Shown piece by piece: positions 58,424-64,000 of a stretch of 64,000 bases of DNA. A program made the translations under genes and the position numbers. Every line of letters begins with the position of its first letter. Within the stretch, counting starts at the first letter, position 1. The notes under the pieces are model-generated. The model searched no databases, was not told the origin of the DNA, and saw only the letters and a list, made by a program, of their open reading frames with translations. Source of the stretch: Calditrichaceae bacterium (GTDB lineage Bacteria > Calditrichota > Calditrichia > Calditrichales > JBFXGD01); the NCBI GenBank assembly GCA_050173015.1, contig JBFXLE010000008.1:96584-160583 (forward strand), written 5' to 3'.

Positions 58424-60121
58424 CTAACCGTTCATTTCGTACAGGCCGTTTAACGCGTAAACATGCTCTTTCCAGATCTTTCCATATCTTTTTTCATCAA
58501 CTACCGGCTTGCGGATCATGTTCATACAATGATCCATTTGCTTTGAATTCGCGGATGGTTTGCTGTACAGCAGAAGAGCGAATTTCGAAAAATCTCTAAC
58601 CATAAAATCAAAAATCTGATCAATGAGATTATCTTCAATCTGATAAATTTTTGTATTTTCCAGAATTAACTGACCATACACGATCAATGTAAAAATCTCA
58701 CCAAGGCTCAGGAGAAAATCAATATCTTTGGTTTGCGTTTCATCCGGACTGGCCGTCGCCAGCAATTTCTTAAACACCGAAATCTGTTCCTTAAAGATAT
58801 TTACATTTGGCAGATCATGTTTATCATACACCTTTTTATAATCATGAAACCGGATTTTTCCAAGTCCCCGCGCCGCTCCCTGTTTAAAAAGAAAATCATC
58901 GTTTTTGGGAGTATCGATTTGAGCCACTTCCGGGTATTCCGCAGGATTGAAGAAATAATTCGCCATAAATTTTACAATCAGCGCGATATTGACATGAACC
59001 GTTCCTTCGAGTTTTGGAAGAGCCCTGATATCACGGGCGGCCATTTCAAAAAACGTGTCTTTCTCAAAACCTTTGGCCGCGATGACATCCCATAATAAGT
59101 TGATCACTTCCTCACCCTGGGTGGTCACTTTCATCTTCACCACCGGATTATACAACAGATAACGCCGGTCATCAGGAGACGCCGACCGCATATAATCCGC
59201 GGCTCTCAGCGCGAATAATTTCATGGCCACCAGCCGCGAGTAGGCGTCCGTGAACAATTGTTTCACATGAGGAAAATCGGTCACATACATATTGTAAAGC
59301 CGGCGGTTCGCCGCGTGATTGATCGCTTCATAGAAAGCGTGAGTACAAATACCGATGGATGCCCATCCAAGGTTGTATTTTCCGATATTTACCGTATTTA
59401 ACGCGCTGTCCCAGGCTTCCTGCCCTTTCGAAAGTATCTCGTTTTCAGTAATCGGGTAATCGCGTAACAGATACTCGGAAACATAATTCTGAGTGGAAAC
59501 AATATTTTTGACACATTCATAATTCTTATGGCTGTAGTTCGCGACAAAGAAAACATAATCACCGGATTCAGCCATTTTTCCGAAAGTTGACACCATTGGG
59601 GCCACATTTCCGTTACCGATATAATACTTACTGCCGTTTGCCAGATACGAACCGTCACCCTTTGGCTTGAGATTCATTTCGGTCGAATACACATCAGCCC
59701 CGTGATCTTTTTCAGAAAGACCAAAGGCGAACACTTCGCCATCTTTCAACAATTTGGCGGCGTGTTTTTTTTGAGTTTCATTCAAACTCATCCAAATGGG
59801 TCCCAGGCCGAGTATGGTTACCTGCCAGGTGTACCAGTACGCGAGTCCGTAAAAAGCGAGAATTTCATTGAACTCACAGATCCGCCAGGTATCCCAGCGG
59901 TAATTTTCATCCCCGTAGCCGGAAGGAGTCAGCAGTGTGGCGAATAATTTTTCCTTCTTTTGAAATTCAAGAAAATCCGCGTACCATATTCGTTTATGGT
60001 CGTCATCTTTTAGTTTTTGTTTGCCTTTTTTCTCAAAGAACTCAATTGTTTTCAGCATCAAATCTTTTGTTTCTCCATCGGGATAATGACGAACGTGTTT
60101 TTTGGGATTTAACAGAATCAT
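58424..60121 (-). CDS. Acyl-CoA dehydrogenase family protein
   Basis: FAFGLSEKDHGADV, ANGSKYYIGNG, LNTVNIGK, IAAKGFE, LPKLEGT. Confidence 0.88.
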   Translation of the reverse strand: MILLNPKKHVRHYPDGETKDLMLKTIEFFEKKGKQKLKDDDHKRIWYADFLEFQKKEKLFATLLTPSGYGDENYRWDTWRICEFNEILAFYGLAYWYTWQVTILGLGPIWMSLNETQKKHAAKLLKDGEVFAFGLSEKDHGADVYSTEMNLKPKGDGSYLANGSKYYIGNGNVAPMVSTFGKMAESGDYVFFVANYSHKNYECVKNIVSTQNYVSEYLLRDYPITENEILSKGQEAWDSALNTVNIGKYNLGWASIGICTHAFYEAINHAANRRLYNMYVTDFPHVKQLFTDAYSRLVAMKLFALRAADYMRSASPDDRRYLLYNPVVKMKVTTQGEEVINLLWDVIAAKGFEKDTFFEMAARDIRALPKLEGTVHVNIALIVKFMANYFFNPAEYPEVAQIDTPKNDDFLFKQGAARGLGKIRFHDYKKVYDKHDLPNVNIFKEQISVFKKLLATASPDETQTKDIDFLLSLGEIFTLIVYGQLILENTKIYQIEDNLIDQIFDFMVRDFSKFALLLYSKPSANSKQMDHCMNMIRKPVVDEKRYGKIWKEHVYALNGLYEMNG

Positions 60122-60178
60122 ACTTGCCCCTTCATTTTGTCACCTTTTATTTTATCGAAAACACTAAAAACAATGCCA

Positions 60179-61327
60179 TTATCGAAGCCAGAACCCCACA
60201 CCGACACCTATAAATGTCGCGACAGCGTATCCCAGCGTTCCGCAAAGAATCGCCGGTATGATCAGCGCCTCCCACTTTCGCGCGACTGCCATCGCCGCCG
60301 CTGTGGTCGGTCCGCCCATATTCGCGTTGGACGCGATGACTATTTCAGCCAGATCTAATTTAAACATTTTTCCGGCGACAAGTATAAAAAGCAGATGAAC
60401 CAGAAGAATAAGTCCGGCAAAAACAAACAACACCGGACCCACTTTCAGTACGATCATGATGTTGGCGCTCGCGCCGATGGTGGCGAAAAACACCTGCATC
60501 AACAAGGTGCCGATCTGATCCGCTCCGGTTATTTTACCAAGCTGTTTCGGGAAAACGGTCGCCGCGAGAACGATGAAAGCGGTAATAAACAGAATCCCGC
60601 TCCCGTCGATACCCGACAATTCGGCAAAATAGAATCCTGCCGCGCATACCGCGAGGCCGATGGCGAGACTCTTTCCCATATTCAGCAGATTCAATCCGCT
60701 TTCTTCCATATAGGAAACACTTTGGGTGTCATCCGAATTTTGAGCCTTTTCCTCATGATGCGTTGGAAATCTCTTTTGTAGAAAAGCAATGGAAGGCAAC
60801 GCGAACAGCACCAAAAAATATATGGTCATTACGAGATTATCGGCGGCCACACCGGCGGCGAGAAGATCGCTTGATTTTAGCTGCAGGGCTTCCGCGGAAG
60901 CGACAAAATTCATTGAACCGCCAATATAGGTGGAACAAAATATGCCCGCCAATCTCCACCCATCAGGCCCCAGCGGGATGGTTTGAAATGCGATCCAGGT
61001 ACCAATCACCGTGCCGATGCTTCCAAAAGAGAAGGCCAGCAGAGTGGGACCGGCTTCTTTTATTATTCTTCTCATATCTGCCCTGAAAAGCAGGAGGGGA
61101 ATAGCCAGCGGGACAAGATATGACCAGACAATATCATAAGCGGGAGCGGATGCCGGAATAATCGACAAATTGGATAAAACAAATGTGCCAAGAATCGAAA
61201 TGACCACCGCGGACAACCGCGCTCCCCACTTTGTTTTTTCCGCCCAAAGACCAAACGCGGCGACCGAAAAAAGCACCGCCCAGATAATCCAGTGTTGATT
61301 TTCAGCAATCAGCGTCGTTTCAAACAT
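60179..61327 (-). CDS. DUF819-family membrane protein
   Basis: About 11 TMs; LVPLAIPLLL, TYIGGSMNF, ASNANMGGPTTAAAMA, GTLGYA. Confidence 0.8.
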   Translation of the reverse strand: MFETTLIAENQHWIIWAVLFSVAAFGLWAEKTKWGARLSAVVISILGTFVLSNLSIIPASAPAYDIVWSYLVPLAIPLLLFRADMRRIIKEAGPTLLAFSFGSIGTVIGTWIAFQTIPLGPDGWRLAGIFCSTYIGGSMNFVASAEALQLKSSDLLAAGVAADNLVMTIYFLVLFALPSIAFLQKRFPTHHEEKAQNSDDTQSVSYMEESGLNLLNMGKSLAIGLAVCAAGFYFAELSGIDGSGILFITAFIVLAATVFPKQLGKITGADQIGTLLMQVFFATIGASANIMIVLKVGPVLFVFAGLILLVHLLFILVAGKMFKLDLAEIVIASNANMGGPTTAAAMAVARKWEALIIPAILCGTLGYAVATFIGVGVGFWLR

Positions 61328-61369
61328 TCCGGTTCTCCTTGTGAATTAGTTCCGCGGGATTATTCCTAT

Positions 61370-63001
61370 CTAAAATTGTTCATCATATTTTGTCCACAGT
61401 TCATTCCCGAGTTTCCAGGCGCGGTCAACCACCCGGTTTCCCCAATCCATGGAGTATTTGGTTAAGAAGGCTCTGGATTTATTCTTATTTTTATGATAAA
61501 GATTCAACGCCTCCTGCTCTGTATTTTTCTGATTGGCAAAGACTTCCGCCTGCATCGGATTCCAGACGGCATCCACATCTTTCCTCATATCTCCCCAACG
61601 CTGCGCGGCAAGGGTTCCAAGCCGGTTAAACGCCCACCAGGCGGATTCATACGTAAATCCGTTCACTCTTCCCGGTGTTTTGTAAGATTTCGGCACGTCA
61701 CTGATGCTGCAGTAAAAAGGCACATAAATAGAAGTGGCCGTGTTATCCATCGCCATCCAGACCACGCCGCCGATCTCATCCGGCAGCCAGTCTCTGGACT
61801 GCGTGATGGTCGCGTACATGGTAAACCAGCGGGCGATGGGTCTTTCACCGCGCCAGCCCCAGCCCCCGTTCACGTCAAAAATAGGATTCATATCATACGG
61901 CATGAACGGATTGGCGAATGGTGAAATCTCCGTTTTACCCTCTTTATTTGTCCAGGTGATATGCTTTACAAAATTATAATCCGTTCCTTCATAATAATCC
62001 TTGAAAATTTCAACCATTTTTTCGAGCGTCACCAGCGTATCCGGTTTAACCGAAAACGGATAATTTTCTGAATTCGGGTGGAGTTTTAATGAAGGAGCGG
62101 CTAAATCGAAAACACGCCATTCTCTTCTCCGGGCGGCAAAGGATGTTCTGCCTTCGGGATCATAAGCATAACAGAATTCAAACGGACCCTCTTCCGGATT
62201 CCACCAGCCGCTGTCCTGAGCGACGGAAAATACATTTTCGGAGGCCATAAAATAATCGTTATTATTTAGATCGATCCGGCGGATCCTGCTGGCATTGGCA
62301 TTAACGGAGATTTCACCGTCGGGCACGCGCTGAGCAGCCCATACCGCCCCAAAATTACCTTCTCCCGGTCCGATAATTTCAAGACTCCATACTTCCTTTG
62401 TATCGGCAATGGTCAGGCATTCGCCATAGTCATTCCATCCGTATTTTTTTGTGAGCTCATCGGCAAGAAGAATCGCTTCACGGGCGGTTGCCGTTCTTTC
62501 CAGCATCAGACGGACCAACTGCTGGCAATCGATCAAGCCGCTGTCGGAACGCATGGATTCTCTTCCACCGAATGTGGATTCACCTATGCCGAGCTGTTTA
62601 TCGTTCATACAGGGATAGGCGGTATTGATAAATCCGTGAGTATATTCCACCTGCGGGATTTCACCGACCGGGATATGTTTATAAGCCGGCATGGCGAGCG
62701 AGTCATTTTTTACCCGCTTTCTCATGGTCACCATCGTCCCCTTTTTATGCTTCTTGGCCGGTTCAATATCCAGCCAGGATCTGGTGCGGTGACTGTCGTC
62801 AGTATGCGATGTCATCACCGATCCGTCCGCGGATGCCAGTTTTCCGACCATGATTGTCGTGCAGCCGTTCGGACGGCCGCCTTCCCAGTCAGGCTTGTCG
62901 TCGTCCTGTGACTGAGCATTGACGGGTAAAAAGGATATTAAAATAAAATTAAAAAAAAGTAATAAGAAACCTTGCTTGAAGAGTGATCTGATAAATGACA
63001 T
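61370..63001 (-). CDS. Peptidase C69 family dipeptidase, secreted
   Basis: Signal peptide, GCTTIMVGKLASADGS nucleophile region, MNDKQLGIGEST, LERTATAREAI, WAAQRVPD, SAWWAFN. Confidence 0.88.
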   Translation of the reverse strand: MSFIRSLFKQGFLLLFFNFILISFLPVNAQSQDDDKPDWEGGRPNGCTTIMVGKLASADGSVMTSHTDDSHRTRSWLDIEPAKKHKKGTMVTMRKRVKNDSLAMPAYKHIPVGEIPQVEYTHGFINTAYPCMNDKQLGIGESTFGGRESMRSDSGLIDCQQLVRLMLERTATAREAILLADELTKKYGWNDYGECLTIADTKEVWSLEIIGPGEGNFGAVWAAQRVPDGEISVNANASRIRRIDLNNNDYFMASENVFSVAQDSGWWNPEEGPFEFCYAYDPEGRTSFAARRREWRVFDLAAPSLKLHPNSENYPFSVKPDTLVTLEKMVEIFKDYYEGTDYNFVKHITWTNKEGKTEISPFANPFMPYDMNPIFDVNGGWGWRGERPIARWFTMYATITQSRDWLPDEIGGVVWMAMDNTATSIYVPFYCSISDVPKSYKTPGRVNGFTYESAWWAFNRLGTLAAQRWGDMRKDVDAVWNPMQAEVFANQKNTEQEALNLYHKNKNKSRAFLTKYSMDWGNRVVDRAWKLGNELWTKYDEQF

Positions 63002-63269
63002 GAGCGCTCCTTTTGGGCCGGTATTAATTTTACAAATAAATTAAAAACAAGGTAAGAAATTTCTTCTTCAAATTAAAATGAACAGGTATTTATTGTATAA
63101 TTTTTTTTTTAGAATGCAGAAAAATATCGGGGAAATTTTGGGTTCAGAGTGATTTTAACATTCATGCGGGTGTTTATAAAATGATATGATTTTCAGAATT
63201 GATTATTCTGAAAAACCGGATGGGAAATTAGTGAACAAATCAACCAAAAATGTTTATGTCAGATCGGAT

Positions 63270-63632
63270 TCACCTGGAAAATATTACCTTAACCTGGGCG
63301 TATTTTCCTGATTCATGAACAATTTCACTCTGGGCGTTATATGATTTTAGAGCATCATCAACCTGCGCGCTCCAGGCGGGAAGTTCCGCTGCTTCCGTAA
63401 AGGCCATAAAACTCAGCAGATAATCCTTATCCCGCAAATCAAGTGAAATTTCCATCGGCTGAGCCGTCATCTGATTCAAATAATTCATAATATAATTGAT
63501 CACCTTTATCAGAGGTTTGGGATCTTCCGCTTCAAAGCGGCAGCCTTCATCGAGACATAAATTGGTCTGGATATCTTTATTCTCATTGATCATTATGATC
63601 AAATTTTTTAAATCAACCGTATTTTCTGTCAT
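63270..63632 (-). CDS. Hypothetical protein
   Basis: ATG after a GGAG RBS; 120 aa; no clear motif. Confidence 0.6.
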   Translation of the reverse strand: MTENTVDLKNLIIMINENKDIQTNLCLDEGCRFEAEDPKPLIKVINYIMNYLNQMTAQPMEISLDLRDKDYLLSFMAFTEAAELPAWSAQVDDALKSYNAQSEIVHESGKYAQVKVIFSR

Positions 63633-63831
63633 TATTTACTCCGTTTATTTGGATTATCCGGATTGGATTTGACATTGACAATTAATATAATCGGTTAAAA
63701 TTCTGAATTATTAACTTCCGCGCGAAAATTACACATGCTCTAATCATTTCTAATTAGATCGGATGAATACAAGTGAATGTTTAGTAAATTATTTTTATAT
63801 TCGGCAATTTAATCCGGAAAATCAATCAAAA

Positions 63832-63999
63832 TCAGGATTCGGGCTGAGTTTCAGGATGATCCACAATCAGCACAAGCCCCTGAACTTCTTTGATAATGAC
63901 ATGTTCGCCTTTTTCCACAGGTTTCGCCTCATCAGACAACCGCGCTCGCCATAATTCTCCTCCGACGCGGATCATTCCCTCCGGATTGAGCCGCTCGTT
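63832..63999 (-). CDS. NfeD-family C-terminal OB-fold domain (5' part outside the window; not in the ORF track)
   Basis: Manual translation NERLNPEGMIRVGGELWRARLSDEAKPVEKGEHVIIKEVQGLVLIVDHPETQPES*, matching the NfeD L.P.G.V.V.GE.W.A......G..V.V..V.GL.L.V pattern. Confidence 0.8.
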   Translation of the reverse strand, partial: NERLNPEGMIRVGGELWRARLSDEAKPVEKGEHVIIKEVQGLVLIVDHPETQPES

Positions 64000-64000
64000 T

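Noticed and set aside
63270-63632. Histidine-kinase ATPase-like domain
   Set aside because: The resemblance is only vague and the N/G boxes are not recognisable, so it is left as hypothetical.
63763-63954. 63-aa plus-strand ORF
   Set aside because: It is antisense to the recognisable NfeD C-terminal domain on the minus strand.

Overview
This is a gene-dense window from an anaerobic or facultative diderm bacterium. The gene style suggests the FCB group (Calditrichota/KSB1/Ignavibacteria-like), which is inference only. The left part holds trkH, typA and ahcY, preceded by an unusual ECF sigma factor fused to a SahR-type SAM-binding domain. Next come a trimeric [FeFe]-hydrogenase with non-bifurcating signatures, its maturases (hydG, hydE, hydF) and an aspartase-like gene. 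After these lie cfa, a TetR-TolC-HlyD-ABC efflux operon interrupted by heptamer repeats, arcA and housekeeping genes. The centrepiece is a 26-gene, ~25.4 kb minus-strand supercluster (57926->32548). It opens with a Cys-rich MerR-family regulator whose promoter has a 19-bp spacer and three TACAT-N6-ATGTA dyads nearby. It continues with a GltD/NfnB-like flavo-FeS protein, Rieske, cytochrome b, pentaheme cytochrome c, clade II nosZ-nosB-orf-nosDFLY and a CruR-like Cys-rich/HPP leader ORF. It ends with a translationally coupled cassette: thioredoxin, several NosL proteins, TonB receptor, DUF4198-like protein, membrane polyferredoxin, a double-cubane (DCCP)-like protein with its ATP-dependent activase, an FtsX-type ABC system and a Cys/His membrane protein. 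The right end has an acyl-CoA dehydrogenase, a DUF819-like protein, a C69 dipeptidase and a partial NfeD. No tRNA, rRNA, CRISPR array or transposase was seen. All family calls come from motif reading, not database searches.
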